The notes under the pieces were generated by a model. The model saw only the letters and a list, made by a program, of their open reading frames with translations. It was not told where the DNA came from and searched no databases. Positions 25,801 through 39,917 of a DNA stretch of 64,000 nucleotides are shown here, piece by piece. Every line of letters starts with the position of its first letter. Positions within the stretch are counted from its first letter, which is position 1. The DNA comes from Azolla caroliniana (taxonomy: Eukaryota; Plantae; Polypodiophyta): NCBI GenBank assembly GCA_043228905.1, contig JBHGNT010000006.1, positions 17,732,001 through 17,796,000 of the forward strand, in the 5' to 3' direction. The translations under genes and the position numbers were made by a program.

Positions 25801-28206
25801 AGGAGTCGTACATGTCGGCCCGTGGCTTTCTCGACTTCATTCTTGAAATTTTGGAAGTGTCTGAACACTTCGCTCTTTTGCCGCATCGGGTAGATCCAAG
25901 TGTGCCTAGAGAAGTCGTCAATGAAGAGCACGTAATATTGGCATCCGCCGAATGTAACCATCTGCGCCGGTCCCCATATGTCGGAATGGACTACTTCGAG
26001 TAGATCTTTGCTCATGTTCCGCACTTTCGGGAATGGGTGTTGGTGTTGCTTGCCGAATTGGCACGCTTCACATACACCTTCAATCTCCTTCTCTTTGAAT
26101 GTCGGGAGTTCGATGACGACTCCTTTCGATTTCATTGCTTTGAGTTTGTTGAGATTGATGTGGCCGATTCGCTTGTGCCATAGCTCTATGTCAGAGTCGG
26201 CTTTCGTGTCTTTCGCGAACATGGCGGATTTCATCTCGCGTGAATCGAGAATGAACATCCGGCCCTCTCTTCTTCCACGTGGGATGAGTTGGCCCTCTTT
26301 TTCGATGAAGCAACCGCCTTCATTAAATCGAACTTGCATCCCTTGCCCTACAATTTGGCTGACGGAGACCAAATTCTTCGTAATGGTTGGTACATGCAAG
26401 ACATTTTTAATGTAATTTTGCTTACCTTCTTTTCCGAACGGAACATTGCCAATGTGACGAATCAGGTCCGTAGTGTCGTCTCCGGTTTCAACATAGTCGG
26501 GTCGGTCCGGCTCTCGAAGTTCTTGGAACCATTCTTGATGCGATGTCATATGGTTCGAGGCACCGGAATCAACAAACCATAAGTCTTCCAGACCGGAGGC
26601 ACTAGTTGAGGTAATGGCCAACATAGAGTTTGCTCTATGTTTCATCATGAACATTCCGCCACGGTCGGAGTTGTGCGCATACATTCCGCCACAATCTTTG
26701 TAGTCGGAGTTGTGCCCATGCATTTCTCCACGGTCGGAGTTGTGTGCATACATTCCGCCACGATCTTCGTAGTCGGAGTTGTGTGCGTAATTCGTGAGTT
26801 GTCGGCTTGTGGAAGCCGATTCACGCATCTTCTTTCGGCACTTTTCTTCGTGGTGGCTGAGCTTTCCGCAATATCCGCATTCGGTTGCGTTTTGATGGCT
26901 AGGGCCGGAGTGGAAGCTCCCCCTTCTTGAGAAGGTTCCTCGTTGGCCTCCGTTTTGCGGCCGAAATTGGGAGTTGTTGTTGTAGGTCGGACCTCGTCCG
27001 CCTTGTCCTTGACCGAATCGGCCTCTCGGTCGTCTACGTCCTCTTCCTCCATTAGAGTGCGTGTAGAGCATGTGGCCTTCCGACTCATTGCTCCTTGTAC
27101 GCACGTGCTTTTCTTCGACCAATAGCATTGATTGGAGCTCGAAGAAGGAGGGAGATTTCTCCCGTGTTAGAACGGTGGTTCGCATCGCGCCGAACCGTGG
27201 TGTGAGGCCGCCGAGGCATATTTGCACCATCTCATCATCATCTATACTTACGCTTATTGAGCCGAGCGAGTTGCAAAGATCCTTGATCTTCAAGGTGTAT
27301 GTCGTGATGGACATTTCCCTTTATTGAATGTTGTTCAACTCTTGGCGGAGTTGAAGCTTCCTCGCGGTCATGTTGGCGGCGAAAATCTTTCGTAGATTTT
27401 CCCACGCTTCCTTCGGCGTCTTGGCTTCTCGAATGTAACTGAGCATGTGGTCGTGAACACATGTTGCCAAACAATACATCACGCGGCTTGCGGCTTGCTC
27501 CCATGTTACGTATCCGGGAGCCGCTTCAGCGGGTCGGTCTTCATGCGCTCCTTTGATGTAGCTCCAATAGCCTTGTCTAACAAGGTATTGGTGCATCTTG
27601 TACTCCCAAGATGCGAAGTTGTTTTGATCCAACTTCTCGGTAGGGAGAGAGCTCCCCATTTGAGTATTCATTATGTCGATTCTTCTTCTTCTTCTTCTCT
27701 CTTCGAATGCGAGCTATGTAGCGAAGCTACGATATCTATGAACTGATTCTTGGTCGTCGGCGTAGAGCACAACACACGATCACGATGAGGCGAATGGGCT
27801 AGATCGAGCTACCAAATCGCTCTGATACCATATAAAGAATCAAGAGATGGATTCTTGTGAAGCGGAAGAGATGTGAGTTATGTGTGTGTGTAAGAGAGAG
27901 AGAGAGAGTGAAACACAGAGAATACGCAAGGTAAAGTATATTGACAAAGGAGAAAGACTCAACCAAATACAAGGTGGGAGGAGGGTGCTTTATATAGTCA
28001 CCCTCTCTCTTCATTAACTACAAGGCTCATGGAGCATGGGGAATGTGAAAGCTCATAAGTTATGTGTCATAGAATATGATTCTATGACTCATACTAAATG
28101 CTAGAATACAAAGTGGTGACATAGTGGTGACTCTTGACCGTTGGAGTGTCTATTCACTCTCAAGGTGAGTTCACACACTAGACCAAGTTGAGCTTGATTC
28201 TCAACA
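22857..28206 (-). mobile_element. Young Ty1/copia element inserted in the 5' LTR of family A
   Basis: 376-bp LTRs at 22857-23232 and 27831-28206, with 2 differences seen. TSD GTATA/CTATA. iMet PBS tggtatcagagcg. Order gag-PR(DSGAS)-INT-RT-RH, broken by a few stops. Confidence 0.95.
26650..26790 (-). repeat. In-frame tandem repeat (30/39-bp units) in Copia gag
   Basis: Encodes four YAHNSD(Y-D)RGGM-like units. Confidence 0.8.
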
Positions 28207-31200
28207 CTATAGAATAGCTTAGAGATTTCTAGAATGTTCTAGAATGTTCTGGACCTAGAATATTCTACGATGATCCAGAAGATTTGTAGAATGTTCTAGA
28301 AAGTTCCATAAGTTTCTCTGATACAATAATCACTATGAAAAGTAGCCTTTATCATTTCACGTCCTAATAGATTACCTTAATGGTTGGGCTTCGAATTTGG
28401 TAATACGAAGTCCCGAGTTCAAGTCCATGTGAAGCATAATGTTCACGTATTCATGACGTTGCCATCAATAGGATCATGGACGTTAACGGATGCTTTGATG
28501 GTAAAGACGTGACACAATAACTTGAAGCCTACAAAATAGAAATGCAGAAAAATGGTATTCCCATGGCGAGACAAGTGGCAAGCTTCTCGAGGATTGTAAC
28601 TTTAAGTCTTTATTCCCGAGCCCTAGAGCTACAAGAGGCCAATCCGGAATGGTCATCTTTCGAACGAAGTTTACTTGAAGAATATGAGTTTGGTGACTTA
28701 TCTCGAATGACGAAGAATGATTTAACGGATTGGGTGGATTCTACTAACAAAGAGTTGAGTGTGAGTGCGATGCTCCACGAATTCGAGCAAAGATTTGATC
28801 ACCTGCCTGCACTTGACCAAACGATTCTCAATTCCAAGAAGGTGCTCCTATTTATCCAATCATTGGATGTGAAAGATCGAAGAGACCTTGGACTACTACT
28901 AGAAAATGATGAAGACCTCATTTCTGATTGGGCCGAAGTGAAGAGAGCATGTGGACGTTTTGATAAGTGTCAATAATGGGACAATGAGACAAGATCGCAT
29001 AATGCAAGACAAGAACCACAAGGCCAAAGACCGAGGGATGACGAAGTGGCTCAGCCCACGAGTGGAGCCACAATGGATGAACTTGCAGACATGCTTCGAG
29101 AGATGAGAATTTATCAAATTTGAATTTTTCCGGGTCGTCGATTGAACTTTCCCTGCAGGTGTATTTGGTGTGACTCTTTGGAACACTAGCGAAAAGATTG
29201 CTTTGAATTCCAAAATGCCCTCCAAATGAGATATCATTTATCTCTCCAACAATCGGATTCACTCCTCAGTGTCGAAGCGTCCTCTCAACACCAACATCGA
29301 CCAAGGAGGTATGAAGAAGTTGATGAAGGAATTGGAACAAACCAAAGTGAATTGTGTTTACTATTCTTCATCCACCGGAATTGGAGATGGACATGAGACG
29401 AGAGCCCAAGAAGAACTTTGGCCGATCATATTGAACCAAGTCAATAAAGGGAAGCTCTGCATGAACGAGGCATTCTAAGTGGAACAAAGAGTCCATGCAA
29501 TGACGGGATGGGAGGACCCTATCGAGGAGAAGTTTAGCTTTGTGGAGACCATGTATCAAAACTATGATGTCCTAGTTGAAGAGAAATGAAAAAGACCAGT
29601 TGACGAATCAGTCTCTTCGAAGAAACATGACACAAGAGAAGTTGTTTGAAGAAGGGAGGAATCGTCACTGCCCCAAACGATAACCCAAAAAAGGAAGGAA
29701 AGAATTGGGCCGACGTTCAAACTACGCTTGGAGATAGAGCAATCCACCGACCTTAAGCGTGTGATGGAAGAAAGGATCGTGGATAGCCGAATCGAGTTCA
29801 CACTACGGGAGTTCCTAGGAATTGCAAAGAAATAATTTCATGATGTCATCATTGACTTAATAAAAAGGAAGAGATTGATGACAACTAAAGAAGGAGCCAG
29901 ATCGGCAAATGTCTCGACAAGGGTTATCACAACGAAAGGTCATGAAATTGAATGAGAATTTGTGGATAGCCATTTCACGAGGACACATTGGGCTAGGGCC
30001 ACTACCGAGACACCGGTGCAGATGGGAGACTTGAAAGATCCGGTGGTGGCGCTAATTGATCATGGCTCGGAGATCAACCTCTTGTCTCTTGACTTCTATC
30101 GGAAAGGTCGTTGGCCCATTACTACTAGGCATGGGTGGAAGATTTGAGTGGCAACAAGGGCGATGGAAGAGCTTCATGGGGCCTACCCTAATGTTATGGT
30201 AACTATTGGGGAAGTCAAGCATGATCAACACTTCTTTGTGCAGGAGTTGACGTCATATCCTGTCCTCCTTGGCGAGCCTTACATTACAGCATCCCGGATG
30301 GAGACAAAAGTACTTGATAATGGTTCGGCATATGCACGGATACGAAGTCAGGATGGGACAAGCTCGATTCAATTCCTCACTGTGCATAGGCATAGCTTAG
30401 GGAAAGAATCTAGTGAGGTTTTTTAATTCAGGCTATTAGGGAGAGGGACAACAATAGTCCGGGACATCTAACTATGTCCCCAATTCAGTGTAATAGAAGT
30501 TGTCACCCCATTAATAAAAAGGAAGTCTTGTTTTCTGAAAATGGGATGTGCAAATTTAGATACATTAATGTAGGAGATATTAAAATAGACACTCTAGAGG
30601 AATAACATAGAGAAATCGGGATTATGAACGAGGAAGAGGCAATAAACAGGTACATGGAGATAATATCATTTGATGATACTCTTGGGGAAATGGAGAAAGA
30701 CATCAAATCGAAACAGCAAGTCAACATAGTGATTCCGATCAACTATGTCGCTTTATACACCGCCATCGACGAATAGGAGCAAGGTGTTGCGACATATGAA
30801 GTCTAAGTTAATACTAAATACAAGAGAGTGGATAAGAAGGTCAAACCTATGGTTGCTCCCTTGCCTGAGGATAGTTGGCAGCGAATAAAGGAGGTATCAC
30901 GAGATCTGTGCCTTAGAGACCCAAAAGGAGTAGGGCATGTCTTCACCGACGAAACTTGAAGGAAGCTCAAAGTTGGTGGGGGTGAGTTTTTGCTATCCAA
31001 AGAAGAGTCCAAGTTGCGGGAAATGTTGGAGCAGCACGAGAAAGCGTTTGCCTTTTCCCCACAAGAGATCGGATGTGTTGACCCAATGCTTGTGGAAACA
31101 ATGGTTATCTTCACAATACCCCATGCGCCATGGAACTTGAAGCCAATTCCCGTTTGAAGAGCTCACATTCCAAGATTGTTACAGCTATTAAAGGAAAAGA

Positions 31201-31626
31201 TTAGAATGGGACTCCTTGACCCATCTAATGCACCTTATTCAAATAGGTGGTTCACGATGCCAAAGAAGACTCAAGCATTTCAATTTATCAAAGACCTACA
31301 GCCGGTAAACAAGGTCACCATTCGTAATGCTGGGTTCGGACCGTATGTGGTGATCAGAGACAATGACAACGCCACCTACCACTTTGTGGAGCGAGACAGA
31401 TCAAAGTTGGCCATACCCATTGCAGGGAAAAGAGTAAAGATCTTCAAGAAAAGACAAGATGAGGGTCTTGACCTCGATGACCTTAACAATGATGATGGTA
31501 GGACGGAACCCGCAAACGTGACCAAGGTCAACGAGGATGTGGAGGAATCAGATTGATCGCCATAGCCAAAATGTTACACTCTCTTCTTGGCACATACTGG
31601 AGGACGTGCGGTTTGGTGGGGCTAGA

Positions 31627-33331
31627 TGTCGTGAAATTTTTTGGCAACGGTGTGAAAATCACGTGGAAAGGAGAAAAGCAAGAAGGTGCAATGTGCACAT
31701 ACATGAAAGGGGTGATGGTTACACTCGTATATTAGCACGTTACCATGCACATGGGTTTTGAATCTTACACCTCCAACATAGGAGACAATTGACATACCAT
31801 TAGACTAAGCTGTTTCTTTAAGGTCTATTTTCATCGTTGTACTTTGGACATGTAAATTCTCATACATAAGAGTTTGAATGAGTGGCATAGTTATCATGCA
31901 TCACATGCAATGCATGAGCGCCAAATGGAAATTATATGCATGGCTTACACCCTAACATGCATCATATGCATGGCGGCATCTATAAAAGAAAGGAAGGAAG
32001 AGAAAGGAAGGGGAAGGTAGGAAGCTATATAGTGAATCAAGATATTAATAATAAAAACCTAGTTATCTTATTGCTGACATGTTTTGTTTCTCAACATTGA
32101 AGTCAAGGGTTCAAACCCAGAATTGGAATTTCCGTTCGTCTCTATCTACCTATCTATCTTCAATATTTTCTCATTTGTGCTAGTAAAACATTGAGTCCTT
32201 CCGGTGCGGACACCAACGTTCCTGCTTTATTATCTTGAACGATCCTCCATCACCACTTGCGGATAGAGGCCCGGTGATTGTCTGCACATGTGTGACGTGC
32301 ACATTGCGACATTTGGCACATGTGTTACGTGCTTCTCGACATCTTTGTGGTGCGATAAATACTTTCTCTCTCTCTCTCTCTCTACAAGATCACTTCCCAT
32401 TAAGATCAAGGCCATGGAAAGGGTTGTTGAATACATGCTTAAGGTTCAAAAAAGTCTCTCACATCGACTTCTTAGAATTGCATGGGAAGCAAGCAAAAAG
32501 ATCCAAAAGACGCATAAAAGCAAATTTTTGTGTTCCAGTTGGATGCAATATATAGAAAAATGGTTTGGTAGATGGAATGCGAGACACTTGCTTCATGATG
32601 CATCATTAGATTCCTTTGTAAATGAGGCCTTATTGCAACGTCAATGTGTCAGAACATTGGACAAATGGGCAGGCTCACGCTTCACACATTATACTACACA
32701 TGTTGCACCTAACTACAAAACCATATTCTTTGTGGAATGGGGAAATTGTACACATTGATACATGTTAGAGCCCATACCGTTATCTGCCATTCGAACCATT
32801 GCTTCCATGCGACTTAGCTCACATGCATTGCGATGTGAGACAGGGCATTGGGGCACAAGTGATGAGAGTGGTCGGCTATGCACACTTTGCCCTAAACAAG
32901 TTCGTGAGTCTGAGTATCACACTTTGATACAATGTTGTGCCGTTGATCATATTCGACCATGCTTTCCACATCTCTTCAACCGAGCCCAATTCTTGCATGA
33001 ATTCCTCTCACAACCACAATGTGCACTCTCGATTGCAACATTCATTGGTAAAGTTCTTGAGCATCGAGAGTCACTACTCACTAATACACGTATCACGTGA
33101 AATGTAATATTTTTGGTCTCATAGGTCATATTTGACCTCCGAAGACGATAATATAATCTATCTATCTATCTCTCATCCAACTCGCGCAAGCATCTTCGAC
33201 AACAAATAATGACTCGACAAAAAACCTAAACGGCCGATTCCATACAAGCACAAGTCACCCGATTCATCCTCCCCGGTCAAAGACCCCGGTGGTCCCGTTC
33301 AACTGACCAGCTGACACGGATTTCCGTGATA
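31627..33331 (+). repeat. 3' LTR of element E, containing a LINE insertion
   Basis: Starts tgtcgtgaa after the PPT. The end segment matches 9135-9244 and 10321-10409. Confidence 0.75.
32383..33172 (+). mobile_element. 5'-truncated non-LTR retrotransposon (RTE/L2-like 3' end)
   Basis: C-terminal RLSSHALRCETGHW..RLCTLC..ESEYHTLIQC, a (CTAT)n tail, and insertion within a (CT)n tract. Confidence 0.75.
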
Positions 33332-33429
33332 GCGTCTCCTTGGCGCGATCCAGCCTTGTCCGAATCGGCTCGTTTTTTCCAACACTCGCTCTCTCTATGG
33401 CCCTTCCGGCCACAGTACCAACAGTCCGT

Positions 33430-34311
33430 TGTCATGAAGAATTTCGACCATATGGTGAAAAAGGGTTGAGCGCATGTGAACGTGGGTTTTTGTGCGAGCA
33501 GAACCAGTCGAACAAGCGTGTGAGCGAGGGTGTGCAAATAGGCACAAAACACAAGGACCGGAGTACAAGGAATGTAAATATGTGTAAAATATTGAAGGTA
33601 CTAGGTAGAGTAGTTAATGGGTACTAGATAGAGAATAAGAATAAGTTTAGATAGAGAGAATCAAGGGCAATCTCTAACAAAAATGGCTGCCATTTACTTG
33701 CAATGTAATGGCCTCCCCTTGTGCAATAAAATGGGAGGTTTGAGACTATTTTGAGTATCCACATTTTGGAGAACAAAGCGTTGTCCGACCGAGCTCTACA
33801 GACTTTTGTGTTCTCTTATTCTTTGTTTTCAGTTCCGTTTCGAGTTGGTAGCCCGTGTACTCCCGATCGGAGGCTCACTAGCATCTGTGTGTTTGTGTGT
33901 GTAGCGAGCTCGAAGCTCTTTTGTTAGCTGCATCCGGTTGTAATCTTTCCTCTATCTCTATTAATCATTGGTATTTGTTAAGTCTCTCTTGTGTCCGGAC
34001 ACTCCCGCATTGTCTCTGTAGGTCTTGTGTTGCCGTGTTCCGAGCCGTGTCCTTGTCCTTGTTCTACTCCCATTTGCGTGTGCGTATCCGAGTGTGTGAG
34101 CTCGTAAGCTCCTCATTGCTGACCGTCGACGGGTCGGGAACAAGATACGTCTCTAAGCCCGTGCGCTCATTGTTCAGTATCCAAGAATCAATCCGTATCG
34201 GATACACATCCAAAGAGCGACCCGTACAACCTTCCTCTTTCACCGGATCCTTGGTTTGAGACCCTAATGGTCACGCCCCGTTTCCACACGTACCCGCGGA
34301 ATACCACAACA
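33430..34311. repeat. Solo LTR in the Copia gag
   Basis: Termini tgtcatgaag...cacaaca with flanks CCGT/CCAT. Removing it restores the Copia reading frame. Confidence 0.7.
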
Positions 34312-35483
34312 CCATCGCAGCCTTTCCTTGCTGACCTCCGGCGCCACCTTGAGTCCCGCTACTCATGTCATCGGAACTATTGTCAAAATTTTGATTATTC
34401 CTCGAGTTTTGCTCTTGTCGGCCACTTTCATTACGCGTCGATCCGCCTCATACACCACATCCACAGGGCCGAATTGCCTCTGTGTACAACATCTTGTTGT
34501 TGGTATGTATACTCGTCGACACACCCGAGTGGTTTTCTTCTACGAGAAACATTGATTGTAGCTTGAAAAAATAGGTTGTATTCTCCCTTGTGCAGACCGT
34601 TGTTCGGAATGCTCCGAATTTCGATGACAACCCTTCGAGGAAAACCTACACCATTTCGTCCTCCTCAACATTCACGTTGACAGAGGCGAGGGAGTTGCAG
34701 ATCTCCTTGATCTTGGAGGTGTAGTCAGCCACAGACATGTCTCTTTGTCAGACGTTTTTGAGCTCCTGTCTCAGTTGAAGCTCTCTTGTTGTGGTGCTGA
34801 CGGAGAAAATGTTCTTCATATTTCCCCAAGCATCCTTCGACATCTAGGCATCCTGAATGTAGCCCAAAAGATGATCACTCACACTATATGTAAAGAAGTA
34901 GAGATCTCAGCTTGCCGCAAGTTACCAGGCCTGGAAATCTCTGAGTGTTGACTCGAGTGTTGCATCATTAGCTCCTTCGACATAACTCCAGTCAACGTGC
35001 CCGAGCAGGTATTTGTGCATCTTGTATGACCAAGAAGCATAGTATTATAGATCTCGGTACTAAAGTAAGCTTAAGATAAGGATAAAGAAATGAAAGATAG
35101 AAAGGAGAAAGAGAAAGAAGGGTGCCGATCCACCCGACCACCCCCGAGCGAAGGGATCGAGACAGACTCGAGCCTCTATCGGCGTCCCATACCACCGCCG
35201 TGGCGTCAAGTCGTACCTGGTGCTGGCGCGCTCGCTACAAGAGTTGACCCACCACAAGAGCAGAGTCTCGATGTAGTCAAAAGATGATCCAATGAGGGTA
35301 GCTAGGCCTCTTATTTATAGCGATACCCAAGGCCCCCAGGCAAGTTCACACTTGACCTAATGGGTTGTCTCAATCCCGAGGATTAAAAGTAATCCTCCCC
35401 TTCTTTACACTCTCGTTTAACCCTCACACTTATCCACGTGTATAGAATACTACGGTAAATTCTTACCACGGGATATTATATGG

Positions 35484-38400
35484 TCATGCCCGTAACATAC
35501 TCCCCCTCTTTAAAACATTGCACTCTTGCAATGGAAAGTTAGGGAAGTTAGTTCTAAGAGTATTTTCGCGTTCCCATGTGGCATCTTTTATTGATTTATC
35601 CATCCATTTTATTTTAAATTCTCGGATTTCTTTAGTACGTAATTTTTTTGTTTTAACATCGAGAATTCTTTCTGGTACATGTCGTTTAGAAGATAATTCT
35701 TCAGAAGTAACCAGAGTTTCAGTCGTAACTGTATTGTCGCCAGAACCTAGAAGTTCTTTTAGATGACTCACATGAAAGACTGGATGAATTCTGACACCAT
35801 CGGGAAGAGCGAGACGATAGGCTGATGACTCAGTGCGTTTGAGGACTGTAAAAGGTCCACAAAACCGTGGGGCTAACTTAGCGCACTTACCCGTAGACAA
35901 TATCTTAGAATTGTGAGGTACACGTAAAAATACCTTCTGTCCAGGGTTGAATACACGAGGTTGCCTATGATGATCGGCATAAAAACGCGCTCTATCTTGA
36001 GCTGTTTTTATATTATCTCGTGCAATATGCAACATATCTTGCATATCCCGAAGAAAGTTTTGCGTACTTCGCAACTCATCATGATGTATATTAACATCAA
36101 TCGGGGCTCGTGGCTGAAAACCATACATCAACATAAAAGGACTATATCCCGTCGACGTATGCTTGGAGTTGTTATAAGCAAACTCCAAAATTGGGAGATA
36201 ACGTTCCCATTTTGTTGGTTTTGCACCAACGTATGCTCGAAGCATGTCCTCAATAATTTGATTTTCTCGTCTTTTCTGTCCATCGGATTGAGGATGATCC
36301 GTGGAGCTCATGCTCAACGTAGTTTCTAACTTCTTAAAGACTTGTGTCCAGAAGTCACTAGTAAACTTTGGATCTCGATCGCTCACGATATCCATCGGTA
36401 ACCCATAAAAACGAAACAATTCGTCAACGAATTGGTAAGCCAATTCAGGAGCTGTTACCATGGTTTTAGTAGCAATAAATCTGGCCATTTTAGTTAGTCG
36501 ATCAAAGACAACCCAGATGGCATCATGACCTTTTTGGGTGCGAGGAAGGCTAACAATAAAATCCATGGATATACTTTCCCACTTATTACTGGGAATGTCC
36601 AAGGGATGTAAAAGTCCTGCGGCTTTAAGTCGCTCGGCTTTGTTAACCTGACACTGGTGACATTTAGTCACATAGCTATGTATGTCAGGACGCATCTTAG
36701 GCCAATAAAATTGAGTGGAGATGAGAACGAGTGTACGATGTATTCCAGGGTGCCCTGCTGAGGGTACATCATGGCATTCAAAAAGAATCCTCTTTTTGAC
36801 CTCGGGTAAATCTGGAACACAAACCTTCCCATTACGGTAGAGCAAACCGTTAGCAATGTGGAAGTATTCCTTCGAGGATGTGGTGGTGTCTGTTCCAGAC
36901 TCAACTCTTGCCCAGTATTTTGCGAAATAACTGTCATCAGGATACTTTCCTCGAAGGTGATCATAAAGATCTGATGATATTGCAGTGAAGCTAAGCATGT
37001 TAACTTCACGGATGCGACCTAGTGCATCAGCGACAGTGTTCATGGAACCTTTACGATATAGTATGGAAAAATCAAAGTCCTGGATGAGATCAGCCCATCA
37101 TGCCTTACGACCTTTCAGGTCTTGTTGGTCACAAAAATATTTCAAGGACTCGTGGTCCGTAGTTACCACAAAGTGATTTCCATAAAGATAATGGCGTCAT
37201 GTTTTGAGCGCATGTATAACTGCAAATAATTCCTTTTCTTGAACGGTATACCGACATTGAGCAGAATCAAGTTTCTTACTCTCGAATGCTATTGGTTTAC
37301 CATCTTGATACAAGACAACACCTATAGCATAATCGCTTGCATCGGTTTCAACCTCAAAAGGTTTTGAAGGATCAGGTAAAAGAAGTGAAGGAGCCTTGCA
37401 AACCAAGTCCTTGAGTTCCTTAAAGGCAAGGTCTAGTGTAGCATTCCACACAATAGGTTTTGTAGACTTACGTGTTTGACCTTTTAAAAGATCAGTAAAC
37501 GGCGTCGTCAATTGGGAGTAATTACGAAGAGACTTTCGCAAAAACCCCACAAAACCAAGGAATGATCGAACTTCTCGAATATTCCGAAGAGTGGACCAAA
37601 GCTTGATTTTCTCAATGCGAGAAGGATCAATTTCAACTCCTCGTTCGGTTATGAGATGTCCTAGATAAGTAATTGATTTCTTGAAGAACTCACATTTTGA
37701 GATCTTCGCATAAAACTGTTTGTCACGCAATGTTTGTTAAACAAACCGGACATGTCTAGCATGTTCTTGTAATGTACGGCTATAAACTAAAATATCATCC
37801 AAGAAAATAACGACAAATTTTCCAAGTTGTTCTCGGAAAATGTCATTCATTTCTTGTTGAAAAGTAGCCGGAGCATTGGTCAAACCAAAAGGCATAACCA
37901 AAAACTCGTAATGGCCATAGCGCGTACGAAATGCCGTTTTAGGAACATCGTCCTCACTTATTCGTATTTGATGGTAGCCAGTACGGAGATCAAGTTTTGT
38001 AAAATACCGAGCTCCCTGGAGACGGTCAATTAGATCGCCAGCCCGGGGCAATGGATACGAATTCTTGATCGTCACTTTATTCAAGCGACGGTAATTAATA
38101 CACATACGCCATGTGCCCTCTTTCTTTTTAACCAACAGAACTAGTGCACCCCATGGAGATTTACTATAACGTATATAACCCATTCGTAAACAGTCCTTGA
38201 GTTGCTTAGATGCCTCATCTTCTTCGGATCGACTTAAGCGATACAGAGGTATACTTATTGGTGCAACACCAGGTACAATATCTATACGATGGTCTATATT
38301 ACGTTTAGGAGGTAACCCATCAGGTAGTTCACTTGGAAAAACATCATGAAAATCATTTAAGATTTCATCAAGTTGTTGTTGTTCAAAATATGTTAATTGA

Positions 38401-39917
38401 ATCGGGACATTATCGATATTGTAAACGTGAATGTCCGGATCAAGTACACAATAAAATAACGTAGAACAAGACAACTCGGATATTGATGGACACGAGGAAA
38501 CAATCGAGAGGGATTGTTTTTTTACACATTGAATAAAATGCGTACAATCGTTCAGTACAAAAGAAATGGAATGACGAACCCAATCAATAAATAAAGAAGA
38601 GTTTTTATTATAAAACCAGGGATAACCCAGTATTACATCGGTGGTACAAAGATTCATTACATGGAAGTCTACTTCCTCTATATAAGTATCAATAGAAATT
38701 CCTAATGAATGAATCGCCCCATTGATGTATTGTACTCTTCCATCAGCCAAGTGCACCGTGTAGGTGTGATCACTTACGGTGGGTTGGATTCCCCATATCT
38801 GAACCAAACGATCATTCACAAAATTGTGTGAGCTTCCCGAATCAAATAAAAATTGTACGGGAGATCCATTGATATACCCGTTTGCACGTAGTAAATCATT
38901 GGGACCCAATACATAGTGAGGGAAAGAACATTGACAATTACTTAAATGATGTGTATAGACCTGAAGGACATTAGGAATCTGACCTTTATGGTCTGTAGCT
39001 TTAGCTTTGTTGTCGTGCTCTTTCCGTTGGAGCTTTCGACATTGATCTTTTGTATGACCCTTCTTTTTGCAGAATACACAAAAAGGATGTTGTCGCTTAC
39101 AATCGCGATCCAGGAATTCGTTGGGTGTCTTGCGTTTCCCAACAAATTGCGACTGCTTAGTCCCGGGCGCTTCGTTGGGTTTGTTATGGTCCTTCTTCGA
39201 AGTGCGTTGATAGCGAAGAACTATTTCAACGGCCTCTTCGAAGGATTTTGGATCCTTATCGTGCACTATCCAGTGATAGTCCGAATTGGGGATGCCATTG
39301 ACAAAACAAGCTATCAACCAATTGTCCCCTTCTAGACCCGATTTTTGGATTTGGGTTCTAGCATGGTGAACATAGTCTTCTAGCGAGGAAAATTTCCTGT
39401 TAGAGAGGTTCATTAAAGCTTGTGCTGCCTCGGTTCGAGAGGGAGGTTGCAGAAATTGGCCCTTAAAGACCGTGACAAAATCTGTCCAGGTATCGGGCAA
39501 TTTCCCCATAGTACGGAGGCCACGCCACCAGGCGGCGGCCTTACCCCCGAGTGCTCGGCCGACATATGCAATCTTCGTACTATCTGGCGTGGGATAGAGC
39601 TCAAAATGAGACTCCCATCGTCCCAGCCATATGCAGATTGCTTCTTCGGTTCTTTCCTTTTTGTCTCCGGTAAATGGCTTAACGACAAATGATGGTTCAC
39701 CGTGTCGCTCATCAGGTCTATTAGTCTCACGTTGTAGACTAATGACACGTGCCTCAAGAGCACTCTGAGATTGCCGAAGTTCGGTCATTTGTTGAGCGGT
39801 GAAACTAAGGTATTGGGTTATTTGTGCCAAATACATCTCAGTGGTCATTTGTCCAGGAGGATTCCCTTGAGTTCCTTCCGCTTGAGTGGATGACATCGGG
39901 TCGTTAATTTGAGCCAT
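35484..39917 (-). pseudogene. gag-pol polyprotein (gag, CCHC, PR, RT, RH, INT, chromodomain) with a few stops
   Basis: ORFs 37737-39917, 37197-37730 and 35484-37043 in one frame. Motifs [47 protein letters not shown]. Confidence 0.92.

Larger units (their letters stand above)
12050..28458 (-). mobile_element. Ty3/gypsy chromovirus family A (Tcn1/Tf1-like), interrupted by two nested elements
   Basis: LTRs 12050-12484 and 22646-28458 (split by a Copia). Zinc knuckle CLYCGGPGHIAIHC, protease LLDTGA, RT YLDDLLIY, RNase H, integrase, chromodomain YLVDWLGY..WEP. PPT at 12485-12502. Confidence 0.9.
7286..33331 (+). mobile_element. tRNA-Trp-primed Ty3/gypsy element 'E', internally deleted and heavily interrupted
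   Basis: LTR start tgtcgtgaa at 7286 and 31627. TSD GCGT on both sides. LTR end followed by PBS tggtgaacc at ~10409-10434. Gag at 10440-10563 continues at 28459. Protease ALIDHGSEIN at ~30.05 kb. RT start is fused to the integrase tail at ~31335. PPT precedes 31627. Confidence 0.75.
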
